In this document: piece by piece, positions 34,042 to 42,511 of the stretch | How positions within the stretch are numbered: position 1 is the first letter of the stretch | Layout of the letters: the number at the start of each line of letters is the position of its first letter | From: Syntrophaceae bacterium CG2_30_58_14 | GTDB taxonomy: Bacteria; Desulfobacterota; Syntrophia; Syntrophales; UBA5619 | Assembly: GCA_001873745.1 (NCBI GenBank) | Contig: MNZQ01000116.1 | Coordinates: 308-64,307 of the forward strand | Length of the DNA stretch: 64,000 bases | Reading direction: 5' to 3' | Position numbers and translations under genes: made by a program | Notes under the pieces: model-generated | The model's input: the letters and a program-made list of their open reading frames with translations, nothing else | Database searches by the model: none | What the model was told of the DNA's origin: nothing

Positions 34042-34126
34042 TGGTGGAGGGGGGAGGGTTCGAACCTCCGTAGGCTTCGCCGGCAGATTTACAGTCTGCT
34101 CCCTTTGACCGCTCGGGAACCCCTCC
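34042..34126 (-). tRNA. tRNA-Tyr (anticodon GTA, long variable arm)
   Basis: GGAGGGGTTCCCGAGCGGTCAAAGGGAGCAGACTGTAAATCTGCCGGCGAAGCCTACGGAGGTTCGAACCCTCCCCCCTCCACCA. Confidence 0.92.
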
Positions 34127-34156
34127 ATTAGTGACCCATCGGGCAAAATATCTTCC

Positions 34157-34232
34157 TGGAGCTGGCGATGGGACTTGAACCCGCAACCTGCTGATTACAA
34201 ATCAGCTGCTCTACCGATTGAGCTACGCCAGC
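34157..34232 (-). tRNA. tRNA-Thr (anticodon TGT)
   Basis: GCTGGCGTAGCTCAATCGGTAGAGCAGCTGATTTGTAATCAGCAGGTTGCGGGTTCAAGTCCCATCGCCAGCTCCA. Confidence 0.93.
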
Positions 34233-34324
34233 ACTCCTAAACATTGAATATCAAAGATAATCTTCGCAAAAAAGAGCCGCGCCGCCACCCAGGCGGAGGA
34301 ATGCCCCCCTCTGTGAAACAAGGG

Positions 34325-34353
34325 ACACTAATTTTTATGTCTTCGTTTGTCAA
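34325..34353 (-). promoter_or_regulatory. Candidate strong sigma-70 promoter of the tRNA/rpmG/secE-nusG cluster (TTGACA-N17-TAGTGT with an A/T-rich UP-like tract)
   Basis: Minus strand reads AAAAAATAATAAAAAAAATC-TTGACA (34353-34348), 17 nt, then TAGTGT (34330-34325); about 85 nt upstream of the first tRNA. Confidence 0.5.
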
Positions 34354-34486
34354 GATTTTTTTTATTATTTTTTCAGGTCTTGCCCTTGTTAACGTCCGGA
34401 CACGCACCCTCACTTTGGGTTCTCGTCAGACAGGCCAATCGGTTTCCATAAAAAAATGGCCAGGTATCGCCGCGACTCCGCAAACG

Positions 34487-34921
34487 CTACCCGTCAAACT
34501 TCGGCAGCGGCATCTTGATGAACGGAACGCCCTCTTCCCTCAAGGTTTCTTCTTCGCTCCCGGTGGCGGTCCCGCGGATGTTTCTGCTCTCTTCCTCTCC
34601 ATGATGGATCCGGAGGGCGACTTCCGCAAACTTGTCGCCCACGTTATCGAAGTTCTTATGGATGTGCTCCTGCAACGCACGGATGAGTTTCAGCGGCGGC
34701 TCGCCGTTCTGCGTCGTTGTCGCAGCGGAACGGTTGTCCCGTCCCCTGACCACGGCAGAAGAAGGGATCAACGCCGTCTCCGTATTTCCGCAGACGGGAC
34801 ACGCGATGAGTTTTTGCAGCCGCTGTTCATCGAAGGCGCCCCTGTCCTTGAACCAACCTTCAAATTTATGGCCGTCACGGCATTGGAGATCGTAGATGAT
34901 CACGCCTCTTCTCCTCGTCAT
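34487..34921 (-). CDS. DUF1178 family protein (N-terminal zinc ribbon)
   Basis: IIYDLQCRDGHKFEGWF...CPVCGNTE...NVGDKFAEVALRIHHGEEESRNIRGTATGSEEETLREEGVPF matches my recollection of the DUF1178 pattern. An alternative GTG start at 34903 would give MIIYDLQC. Confidence 0.7.
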   Translation of the reverse strand: MTRRRGVIIYDLQCRDGHKFEGWFKDRGAFDEQRLQKLIACPVCGNTETALIPSSAVVRGRDNRSAATTTQNGEPPLKLIRALQEHIHKNFDNVGDKFAEVALRIHHGEEESRNIRGTATGSEEETLREEGVPFIKMPLPKFDG

Positions 34922-35005
34922 TGACCTCTATGGTATTTTTATCATGATGATCCTAAAAAATAATGGTGGACAATCGACTCCAAATTGGTTATGGAGGGCG
35001 CGTGT

Positions 35006-35082
35006 CGGGATGTGGCCCAGCTTGGTAGGGCACTGCGTTCGGGACGCAGGAGTCGCGCGTTCAAATCGCGCCATCCCGACCA
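35006..35082 (+). tRNA. tRNA-Pro (anticodon CGG)
   Basis: CGGGATGTGGCCCAGCTTGGTAGGGCACTGCGTTCGGGACGCAGGAGTCGCGCGTTCAAATCGCGCCATCCCGACCA. Confidence 0.93.
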
Positions 35083-35181
35083 TTTTTGATTGACCATCTT
35101 TACCGCCCGTTTTTATTCACCATCTTTCCCGCCGGACACCGGCTTTCCCCGTGCACATCGCATGAAGATCGCCCCCCCAAC

Positions 35182-36390
35182 CTATCCCGCGGCGGCGGCC
35201 ATCTGGAAGATAGGCAGATACATGGCGATGATCATCCCGCCGACTACGCCCCCCAGAAAAACCATCATGAAGGGTTCCAGCAGGGCGGTCATCGCGCCGA
35301 CCGCCGCATCCACCTCATCATCATAAAAATCGGCGATCTTGGAAAGCATCGTATCCAGGGCGCCCGTGGCCTCACCGACGGCAATCATCTGCACGACCAT
35401 CGAGGGAAAGATGTCCGTTTCCATCAGGGGTTCGGCGATCGTTTTCCCTTCGCTGATGGACTGCCGCGTTTTCATCAGGGCGATTTCAATGATCTTGTTC
35501 CCCGAGGTCTTGCTCACGATACTGAGCCCTTCCATGATCGGCACCCCGCTTTGCATCATCGTGGAGAGGGTCCTTGTGAACTTGGCCACGGCCACCTTCT
35601 TCAGCAGCGGGCCGAAGACCGGGGATTTCAATATCAGGGCATCGACGACGAGCGTCCCTTTTTCGGTCGCATAGTACCGCTTGAATCCATAGAAGAGAGC
35701 GACCAGCCCCACTCCCATATAAAGGAAATAATGCTGCGCGAACTGGCTGGCATCCACCAAAAACTGCGTCGGTCCGGGGAGCGCCGAACCCATTCCCTGG
35801 AACATCGTCTGGAAGACCGGGATAACTTTCAACAGCAGGACGGCCACAACGCCAATCGAAATGACCAGAACGCTGATCGGGTAGGTCATGGCCCCCTTGA
35901 CCTTGCTTTTCAGTTTCATTGCCTTCTCCATGTAACCGGACAGACGCTGGAGAATCACGTCCAGAATGCCGCCGCTCTCCCCCGCCGCCACGAGATTGAC
36001 GAAGAGGTCGTCAAATATTTTCGGAAATTTCTTCAGGGCATCGGTCAGTGTGGAACCCCCCTCGATGTCCTGCCGCATGGAGTTGATCACCTTGGCGAAG
36101 GTCTTGTTCTGCTCCTGCTTGCCGAGGAGGTCCAGACACTGAATCAGAGGCAGGCCCGCGTTGATCATCGTGGCGAAGATCCGGGCAAAGACCACCACGT
36201 CCTTCTCCGTGACCTTCTGCTGCAGGAAAGGGATGTTTTCAAAGAGGTCTTTGGGTTTTTTCTTGACGGTGATGGATTTGTATCCCTGCCGGCGGAGCTG
36301 GCCCCGGACCGCCGCTTCGTCGGCGGCATCGATTTCGCCCTTCTTGGATTCGCCCTTTTTTGTTTGCGCCTGCCATAAGAATATCGGCAT
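35182..36390 (-). CDS. pilC: Type IV pilus / type II secretion platform protein (PilC/GspF family)
   Basis: Two T2SSF repeats (FARIFATMINAGLPLIQCL...; FTRTLSTMMQSGVPIMEGL...) and three TM segments. ATG at 36390 lies 2 nt after the rlmB stop; the ORF-track GTG start is at 36405. Confidence 0.9.
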   Translation of the reverse strand: MPIFLWQAQTKKGESKKGEIDAADEAAVRGQLRRQGYKSITVKKKPKDLFENIPFLQQKVTEKDVVVFARIFATMINAGLPLIQCLDLLGKQEQNKTFAKVINSMRQDIEGGSTLTDALKKFPKIFDDLFVNLVAAGESGGILDVILQRLSGYMEKAMKLKSKVKGAMTYPISVLVISIGVVAVLLLKVIPVFQTMFQGMGSALPGPTQFLVDASQFAQHYFLYMGVGLVALFYGFKRYYATEKGTLVVDALILKSPVFGPLLKKVAVAKFTRTLSTMMQSGVPIMEGLSIVSKTSGNKIIEIALMKTRQSISEGKTIAEPLMETDIFPSMVVQMIAVGEATGALDTMLSKIADFYDDEVDAAVGAMTALLEPFMMVFLGGVVGGMIIAMYLPIFQMAAAAG

Positions 36391-36392
36391 AA

Positions 36393-37127
36393 CTAATTCC
36401 CCCACTTTCTGAGAATCTCAAAGAGGATAACCCCCGCCGCCACCGAAACATTCAGCGAAGCCACGCGCCCCCGCATGGGAATGGAGATCAGGAAATCGCA
36501 ATTCTTCCGGATCAGCGGCCGGATTCCCCGGCCCTCGCTTCCCATGACCAGCGCGACATGCCCTTCGTAGTCCGGCGTCCGGATATCGGACTGGGCCTCC
36601 GCGTCGGCGCCGTAAATCCAGAATTCCCTCTCCTTCAGATATTCGATGGTGCGAACCAGATTGACCACCATCGCGACCGGCAGATACTGAAAGGCCCCTG
36701 CGGATGCCTTTGCAACGGAAGCCGTCACGGAAGCGGCGCGGTTTTCCGGGATGATGAGACCGTTCGCCCCGCAGCAATGCGCCGTCCGGATGATGGAACC
36801 GAGATTTTGGGGATCGGTGACGCTGTCCAAGAGAACCACCAGGTCATATCTGGACTTCTCGTGGCGGTGGGCAATGACCTCATCCACGGTGGCATACGCA
36901 TGCTCCCGGCAAAGCCCCACGATCCCCTGGTGAACACGGCGGGGCGCCAGCTTTTCCAGCCGGTCTCTGCCGCTGCATTCCACGGGAATCCGATGATCCG
37001 CGGCGAGCTTCAGGATCTTCTGGACCGCTGCCCCTCCCCGTTCCTCCGCAACGAAGATTTTTTCCAGCATCGCGGGATGCGAAAGGACGACCTCCATAAG
37101 AGGGTTGATGCCATAAATCACCTGCAT
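36393..37127 (-). CDS. rlmB: 23S rRNA (guanosine-2'-O)-methyltransferase, SpoU/TrmH family (RlmB-like)
   Basis: 244 aa; N-terminal substrate-binding domain plus SpoU motifs LDSVTDPQNLGSIIRTA, LVMGSEGRGIR, IPMRGRVASLNVSVAAG. Confidence 0.85.
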   Translation of the reverse strand: MQVIYGINPLMEVVLSHPAMLEKIFVAEERGGAAVQKILKLAADHRIPVECSGRDRLEKLAPRRVHQGIVGLCREHAYATVDEVIAHRHEKSRYDLVVLLDSVTDPQNLGSIIRTAHCCGANGLIIPENRAASVTASVAKASAGAFQYLPVAMVVNLVRTIEYLKEREFWIYGADAEAQSDIRTPDYEGHVALVMGSEGRGIRPLIRKNCDFLISIPMRGRVASLNVSVAAGVILFEILRKWGN

Positions 37128-37220
37128 GACATCCCTCCATAATCGGGTCCTTGAGAACCTTCAAGGTCTATTGGCGCTATCTTTCGCCTAAACATACGCC
37201 TTCAACTTAACGGTCGCCGC

Positions 37221-37252
37221 GAGAGAGATCGGCGGTAAAGACCGCCGATCTC
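37221..37252. other. Perfect 13-bp GC-rich hairpin in the rpoZ-rlmB spacer
   Basis: GAGAGATCGGCGG-TAAAGA-CCGCCGATCTCTC. No U-tract follows on the transcribed strand, so it is not called as a terminator. Confidence 0.6.
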
Positions 37253-37314
37253 TCCGCAAACCTAAGAGCCCCCTGCCGATATCGAGGGCAAAAATCAACC
37301 GCCCCCACGGGAGG

Positions 37315-37587
37315 TTACTCGGCCTCTTCATCATCGCCGATAAATTCGGTGTCATGCGGTATCGATTTGAAACTTTCCTTGACCCTCTCCAAGTATTCGG
37401 GATGGGCATAACAAACCTTTCCCGCCGCAATCTCCCGGAGGGCGGTCACGATCTCCCGGTTGTTTCTCATATCCGTCAGGGGCTCTGATCCTTTCAAGAG
37501 CTGCCGGGTCCGCTGAGCGGTCAGCAGAACGAGGGCAAACCGGTTCTTTGCCATCAGCAAAGAGTCTTCCACGGTAATTCTGGCCAT
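37315..37587 (-). CDS. rpoZ: DNA-directed RNA polymerase subunit omega
   Basis: MARITVEDSLLMAKNRFALVLLTAQRTRQLLKG... Confidence 0.93.
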   Translation of the reverse strand: MARITVEDSLLMAKNRFALVLLTAQRTRQLLKGSEPLTDMRNNREIVTALREIAAGKVCYAHPEYLERVKESFKSIPHDTEFIGDDEEAE

Positions 37588-37617
37588 CGGGTATAAACCT
37601 CCAATTGATTAAATTGA

Positions 37618-38250
37618 TTAAGACGATTCGTCTTTGAAAAACGCCTCTATTCTTTCCGTAAAACGATCCCGCCGCGATCTTTCGGCGATGTAAATTGCCC
37701 GAAACCGATCGACGGCCTCTTCCAGTCTATCGTTGAAAATGATGTAATCATACCACAGCGCCTCGCGGATTTCATCCAGAGAACTCTGGAGACGGCGTTC
37801 CATGACGGCGCCGCTTTCCCCTCTTCTCGAGAGCCGGGACTTCAGCTCGGAAAGCGAGGGGGGCAGGATGAAGATGAAGACCCCTCGCGGATAGTGTTCC
37901 CGGATTGCCTTCGCGCCGCGCGGCTCGATATCCAGGATCAGGTCGTATCCCTGTTTGAGAAAGGCGTCCATGGTCTTTTTCGACGTTCCGTAGAGCTGAC
38001 CGTAATTCTCCACCCATTCGACAAACTCCCCGCGGCCAATCCGTCCCCGGAACTCCTCCGTGGAGATAAAGTCATAATCCTTTCCGTCGGTCTCTCCGGG
38101 ACGGGGCGAACGGGTGGTGCAGGAGACGGAAAAGCGGACACGGGGGAACATCCGCAGGATCTCCCGGCAGATCGACGTCTTCCCGGCGCCGGAAGGGGCG
38201 GAGACGATCATCAGCAAACCCTGGGACGGTTGGACCGGCGTCTCATTCAA
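37618..38250 (-). CDS. gmk: Guanylate kinase
   Basis: GLLMIVSAPSGAGKTSICREIL...TTRSPRPGETDGKDYDFIS. I prefer the TTG at 38250 (8-nt overlap with the yicC stop); the maximal ORF reaches 38328. Confidence 0.9.
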   Translation of the reverse strand: MNETPVQPSQGLLMIVSAPSGAGKTSICREILRMFPRVRFSVSCTTRSPRPGETDGKDYDFISTEEFRGRIGRGEFVEWVENYGQLYGTSKKTMDAFLKQGYDLILDIEPRGAKAIREHYPRGVFIFILPPSLSELKSRLSRRGESGAVMERRLQSSLDEIREALWYDYIIFNDRLEEAVDRFRAIYIAERSRRDRFTERIEAFFKDESS

Positions 38251-39127
38251 TATTCTGCACCTGCTCCCGCAATTTTGCCAGTTCGCTCTTGATCTCGATG
38301 ACGTTCCGCGAGATCTCCGCATCCCCACTCTTGGAACCGATCGTATTGATCTCCCGGCCCATCTCCTGGATCAGGAAATCGATCTTCCTTCCGGCGGCGT
38401 CCGCTCCCGCAAGCAGATCGGTGAACTGATCGATATGGCTGCGAAAACGGACGATCTCTTCGGTGATATCGCTCTTCTCCGCCATGATCGCCACCTCCTG
38501 AAGCAGACGCGCCTCATCAACCGCCATGCCGCCCGTCAGTTCCCGCACCCGGTCGGTGAGCCGCTGCTGATAGTCCAGAACCACCTGCGGCGCCCTCCCG
38601 GCGATCCCTTCCAGAAAACCGGCGATCAGATTTAGACGCGCCGTGAGATCGCGCTTCAGGCTTTCCCCCTCCTTTTCCCTCATCTCCGTCAGCGTCCGGA
38701 TCGCCTCCGCGAGGAGCTTTGAAAGCCCTTCCCACAGGGCCGCCAGGTCCTGACTCGGCTCCGCGGGAACGAAGGCGTCCCGGAAGCCGGCCATCATCTC
38801 CAGGGTGATCTCCCCCCCGAGATGGAGTTCCTCCTTCAACTGGCCGAGGAGGACATGGTAATTGCGGGCCAGCGGCAGGTTCAGCGTGAAACGGCCGGCG
38901 GTCTCCACACCCCCGTCGCTCTCCATCCGGAGGGTCGCCTCGATCCGCCCCCGGGAGAACTGCTCCCCGATCCTCTTCTTGATGTCGCCTTCCAGCGGAA
39001 GAAGCATCCCCGGCAGGCGCAGCGAGATCTCCAAAAAGCGGTGGTTGACGGACTTCATCTCGATCATAAACTTTCGGTCCGCAAGGACGGCCTCCGCCTT
39101 GCCATAACCGGTCATACTCTTAATCAT
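38243..39127 (-). CDS. yicC: YicC/YloC family stress-induced protein (endoribonuclease family)
   Basis: MIKSMTGYGKAEAVLADRKFMIEMKSVNHRFLEISLRLP...EIKSELAKLREQVQNIE. Confidence 0.9.
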   Translation of the reverse strand: MIKSMTGYGKAEAVLADRKFMIEMKSVNHRFLEISLRLPGMLLPLEGDIKKRIGEQFSRGRIEATLRMESDGGVETAGRFTLNLPLARNYHVLLGQLKEELHLGGEITLEMMAGFRDAFVPAEPSQDLAALWEGLSKLLAEAIRTLTEMREKEGESLKRDLTARLNLIAGFLEGIAGRAPQVVLDYQQRLTDRVRELTGGMAVDEARLLQEVAIMAEKSDITEEIVRFRSHIDQFTDLLAGADAAGRKIDFLIQEMGREINTIGSKSGDAEISRNVIEIKSELAKLREQVQNIE

Positions 39128-39705
39128 CGAAATTCCTCATGAAAAAATTCGCCATCGAAATCAGTAGCCTCCCCCGCCGCGTTCCCCTTGAGCTGCATCC
39201 GATACTTTTCCCGGATGCGGGTCAACATGCCGATCACCTCCGGGCCGGCGTAATCCGGATAGGTCCAGGGAAGGGAATGAAACGATTTGTCCCGGTAGAT
39301 CAGGGTCAGATCGGCGTAGATCCCATCCCGGAGATAGGGCCGATGGGCATACCCTTTCCCCGTGGCCAGGACCAGATGGGCCGTGGCCAGATATCCGGGA
39401 TCGATGTTTACCCGTCTTTGCCCCTCCGCCGACAACCGCTTCTCCAGCGCGTTCGTCCAGACCTTTACGTCTGGCAGCGACTCCGGCCGGATGAGCCGCT
39501 CAAAGGCGACAAAGCGGCGGATCAGGGAACCGCCGAATTCCTTCGCGTAATAGTCGGTATAGGCAAAAGGCGCCGGGGCGCTGATGAAATCGGCCCTTCC
39601 ATACCTTTCCGACAGGATCCGAACCGCATCGCCGAGCAGCCGGTCATCCCCGGAAAAGAGGCTGGCCAGCAGCTTGACGGCATCCGGCGGCTGCGGATCA
39701 CTCAT
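39124..39705 (-). CDS. DUF4416-like protein of unknown function
   Basis: 193 aa; FAYTDYYAKEFGGSLIRRFVAFERLI...NIDPGYL resembles my recollection of DUF4416. ATGA overlaps with both neighbours. Confidence 0.55.
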   Translation of the reverse strand: MSDPQPPDAVKLLASLFSGDDRLLGDAVRILSERYGRADFISAPAPFAYTDYYAKEFGGSLIRRFVAFERLIRPESLPDVKVWTNALEKRLSAEGQRRVNIDPGYLATAHLVLATGKGYAHRPYLRDGIYADLTLIYRDKSFHSLPWTYPDYAGPEVIGMLTRIREKYRMQLKGNAAGEATDFDGEFFHEEFR

Positions 39706-40691
39706 AGGACCCCTCGCAGCTCCTCCCGGGTCACGGTCGCCGTACCCGCTTTTCCCACCACGATCCCTGCGGCATGGTTGGCCAGATAGGCCGCCTCACG
39801 GAAAGAGGCCCCCGCGGCCAGGGAAAGGGCCAGAACGCCGATGACCGTATCCCCGGCGCCGGTCACATCAAAAACCTCCCGGGCTGCCGTCGGAAACACC
39901 GTGTGTCTGATCCGGCCGTCCTTCTCGAAGAGGCTCATCCCCTCTTCCCCCCGGGTCATCAGCAGGGCCCTGAAATCGTACTGCTGCAGCAGCTTCATGC
40001 CGACCCGGATATGATCCTGGCCATTTTGCATCTCTTCCCCCGCCGCGTGACCGGCCTCGTAATGGTTGGGGGTGATGATGTCGAAACCCTGATACACGGC
40101 AAAATCCCGCTGCTTTGGATCCACGCAGGTGAAGATCGGACGGCCGGCGATCACCTTCCGGATCCCGTCGAGAAGGGGACGGGTCACCACCCCCTTGCTG
40201 TAATCCGAAATCACCAGAGCGCCCAGATCATCCCGCAACGATTCGATATAGGTCAGGATCTTCTGGATGCTTTTTGCCTGAACCGGTTTGCGCTCCTCCC
40301 GGTCGAACCGGACCACCTGCTGACCATGCGCCACGATCCTCGTCTTGAGCGTTGTGGGACGCCCCGTCTCGACGACGATGCCCTCCGTATCCACGCCCCG
40401 GCTGCGGAACTCGGTCAGCAGCCGTCTTCCCGTTTCGTCGGCGCCGACCACCCCGGTTAGATGAACCCGGCCCCCCATCGCAAGGATGTTGTTTTGCACA
40501 TTGGCTGAGCCGCCCAGCATGAAGTTATCCTTCGTCACCTCGACCACGGGAACGGGCGCCTCGGGGGAGATCCGGGAGACCTTCCCCCAGATAAAGTGAT
40601 CCGCCATGATATCCCCGACAACCAGAACCCTGGATCGGGGAAAGTTATCCATGATCGCCAACGCCCGTCGGTTGCTCATAATCCGCTTCAT
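39702..40691 (-). CDS. hldA: D-glycero-beta-D-manno-heptose-7-phosphate kinase (RfaE domain I / HldA; PfkB family, kinase-only)
   Basis: 329 aa; VLVVGDIMADHFIWGKVSRISPEAPVPVV...DVTGAGDTVIG. No adenylyltransferase domain. Confidence 0.8.
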   Translation of the reverse strand: MKRIMSNRRALAIMDNFPRSRVLVVGDIMADHFIWGKVSRISPEAPVPVVEVTKDNFMLGGSANVQNNILAMGGRVHLTGVVGADETGRRLLTEFRSRGVDTEGIVVETGRPTTLKTRIVAHGQQVVRFDREERKPVQAKSIQKILTYIESLRDDLGALVISDYSKGVVTRPLLDGIRKVIAGRPIFTCVDPKQRDFAVYQGFDIITPNHYEAGHAAGEEMQNGQDHIRVGMKLLQQYDFRALLMTRGEEGMSLFEKDGRIRHTVFPTAAREVFDVTGAGDTVIGVLALSLAAGASFREAAYLANHAAGIVVGKAGTATVTREELRGVL

Positions 40692-40742
40692 AGAGATCCC
40701 GCCATCCGCGCCGGGGATAAAAGGTCATATTTCATGGCCGCT

Positions 40743-40771
40743 TATCTATTCTTACGGGCGGGGTTTGTCAA
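40743..40771 (-). promoter_or_regulatory. Candidate sigma-70 promoter (TTGACA-N17-TAGATA) for the hldA-DUF4416-yicC-gmk-rpoZ-rlmB-pilC unit
   Basis: Minus strand reads TTGACA (40771-40766), 17 nt, then TAGATA (40748-40743), about 50 nt upstream of the hldA start. Confidence 0.45.
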
Positions 40772-40900
40772 CCATTTTCTCCGAACCGTCCGCCGACCGA
40801 CAAAACATTCCTTATTGACTTCGGGGAGATATTCGCGTAGAACATCCGCGTCATCGGGGGTTCACCCCGGGACATTCATCCGTTAGGACAGGAGCTGATC

Positions 40901-41656
40901 ATGGTTCGTTCCGCACTGCTGGTCATGCTTGCCATCGTCGTCACCGCCTTCATGTCGATGTGTGCACTGCTGTTCCCGCTCATCTCCCCCGGCGAGAACA
41001 AGGCGCACAAGATCGCCAACCTGTGGGCGAGGATGCTTCTCTGGCTCACCGGCATCCGGGTGGATGTGATCGGCCGCGAAAACGTCCTGATGAACCGGCC
41101 GCAGATCTTCATGGCCAACCATCAGAGCGATTTCGACATCCTGATCGTCCTGGCCCATATCCCCGGACAGTTCCGGTGGATCGCCAAGAAGGAGCTTTTC
41201 AAGATCCCGATCTTCGGCAGAGCGATGAAGAGCGCCGGATACATCGAGATCGACCGGCAGAATCACGAAAGGGCGATGAAAAGCCTGGAGGAGGCAGCGC
41301 AGAAGATCCGGGAGGGGAAATCGGTGGTCACCTTCCCCGAGGGGACCCGGAGCAAGGACGGGACGATCAAGCCGTTCAAACAGGGCCTGTTTCACCTCGC
41401 CATCCAGGCGGGCGTCCCCATTGTACCCATCTCGATCATCGGCGCCCACAAAATCATGCCGAAGCGGACCCTGACGGTGAAGCCGGGACGAATCACGATG
41501 ATCATCGGCCGGCCGGTGGATGTCTCCGGATACACGATTGAAACGAGGGGCGAGCTCATTGAACGGGTCCGCGGCGTCATTATCCGTAACTTTGAAAACG
41601 GCAGTCCCCCCGACGGGATGTCCCCCGCAACCGGCCATGAAAAGGAGACCCGATGA
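40901..41656 (+). CDS. plsC: 1-acyl-sn-glycerol-3-phosphate acyltransferase
   Basis: NHQSDFDILIV (HX4D) and TFPEGTRS motifs, with an N-terminal TM segment. Confidence 0.9.
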   Translation: MVRSALLVMLAIVVTAFMSMCALLFPLISPGENKAHKIANLWARMLLWLTGIRVDVIGRENVLMNRPQIFMANHQSDFDILIVLAHIPGQFRWIAKKELFKIPIFGRAMKSAGYIEIDRQNHERAMKSLEEAAQKIREGKSVVTFPEGTRSKDGTIKPFKQGLFHLAIQAGVPIVPISIIGAHKIMPKRTLTVKPGRITMIIGRPVDVSGYTIETRGELIERVRGVIIRNFENGSPPDGMSPATGHEKETR

Positions 41657-42483
41657 CCCTGATGGAAGCCGTCATTCTGGGTATCGTTCAGGGGCTTACG
41701 GAACCGCTGCCGGTCAGCAGTTCAGCCCATCTGGTTATCGTCCCCGCACTGCTCCCGGGATTTAGGCAGCCGGGTGTCGCCTTTGACGTCCTCCTCCACC
41801 TCGGGACGCTCTTGGCTGTGGTCTTCTTCCTGAGACGGGAGATCGGGGAACTCCTCGCCTCGCTGTTGCCCGCAAAAGGGCCGGCGGACCACGCGCCGGG
41901 GGCCGACGCCGGAGAGAAAGCCGCCAACCGCCGAACGGTCTTGTGGCTCGTGATCGCCACGTTCCTGACGGGCGTGATCGGCATTCTCTTCAAGGACCGG
42001 ATCGAAAGCCTTTTCGAATCGGTGGAGACGACGGCCTGCATGCTTTTCATCACCGGGATTCTGCTCTTCCTGTCGGACCGGGTGAAAACGAACCAAAGAC
42101 GGAAGGGGGAGATGAACCTGACGGACGGGATCGTCCTCGGCCTCGTTCAGGCCGTCGCCCTCATCCCGGGGATCTCCCGTTCGGGCTCCACGATCACCTT
42201 CGGGATTTTCCGGGGACTGGAGCGGAAGACGTCGGCAACGTTTTCCTTTCTGCTCTCCATTCCGGCAATCAGCGGCGCCGTCATCCTGAAATCAGCCGAT
42301 CTGCTGCGGCTTCCCGCGAGCGACCTGCCCACCCTGGGCGCCGGCTTCCTCGCGGCCGCCGTAACGGGGTTTCTCTCCCTGAAACTCCTCTTTGCGATCA
42401 TCAACAAAACCGGCCTCAGCCTTTTTGCATACTACTGTTGGTTTGTCGGGGCCGCCGCCCTGATCATCCGGGGGATGGGATAA
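41653..42483 (+). CDS. uppP: Undecaprenyl-diphosphate phosphatase
   Basis: MTLMEAVILGIVQGLTEPLPVSSSAHLVIV...IPGISRSGSTI; BacA/UppP signature. Confidence 0.93.
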   Translation: MTLMEAVILGIVQGLTEPLPVSSSAHLVIVPALLPGFRQPGVAFDVLLHLGTLLAVVFFLRREIGELLASLLPAKGPADHAPGADAGEKAANRRTVLWLVIATFLTGVIGILFKDRIESLFESVETTACMLFITGILLFLSDRVKTNQRRKGEMNLTDGIVLGLVQAVALIPGISRSGSTITFGIFRGLERKTSATFSFLLSIPAISGAVILKSADLLRLPASDLPTLGAGFLAAAVTGFLSLKLLFAIINKTGLSLFAYYCWFVGAAALIIRGMG

Positions 42484-42511
42484 CAGGGCCGGGAACCGTT
42501 CGTGTGAAAAA

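Noticed and set aside
40824-40852. TTGACT-N17-TAGAAC as a plsC promoter.
   Set aside because: The -10 hexamer lacks the conserved final T, and no better alternative was obvious. It is left uncalled.
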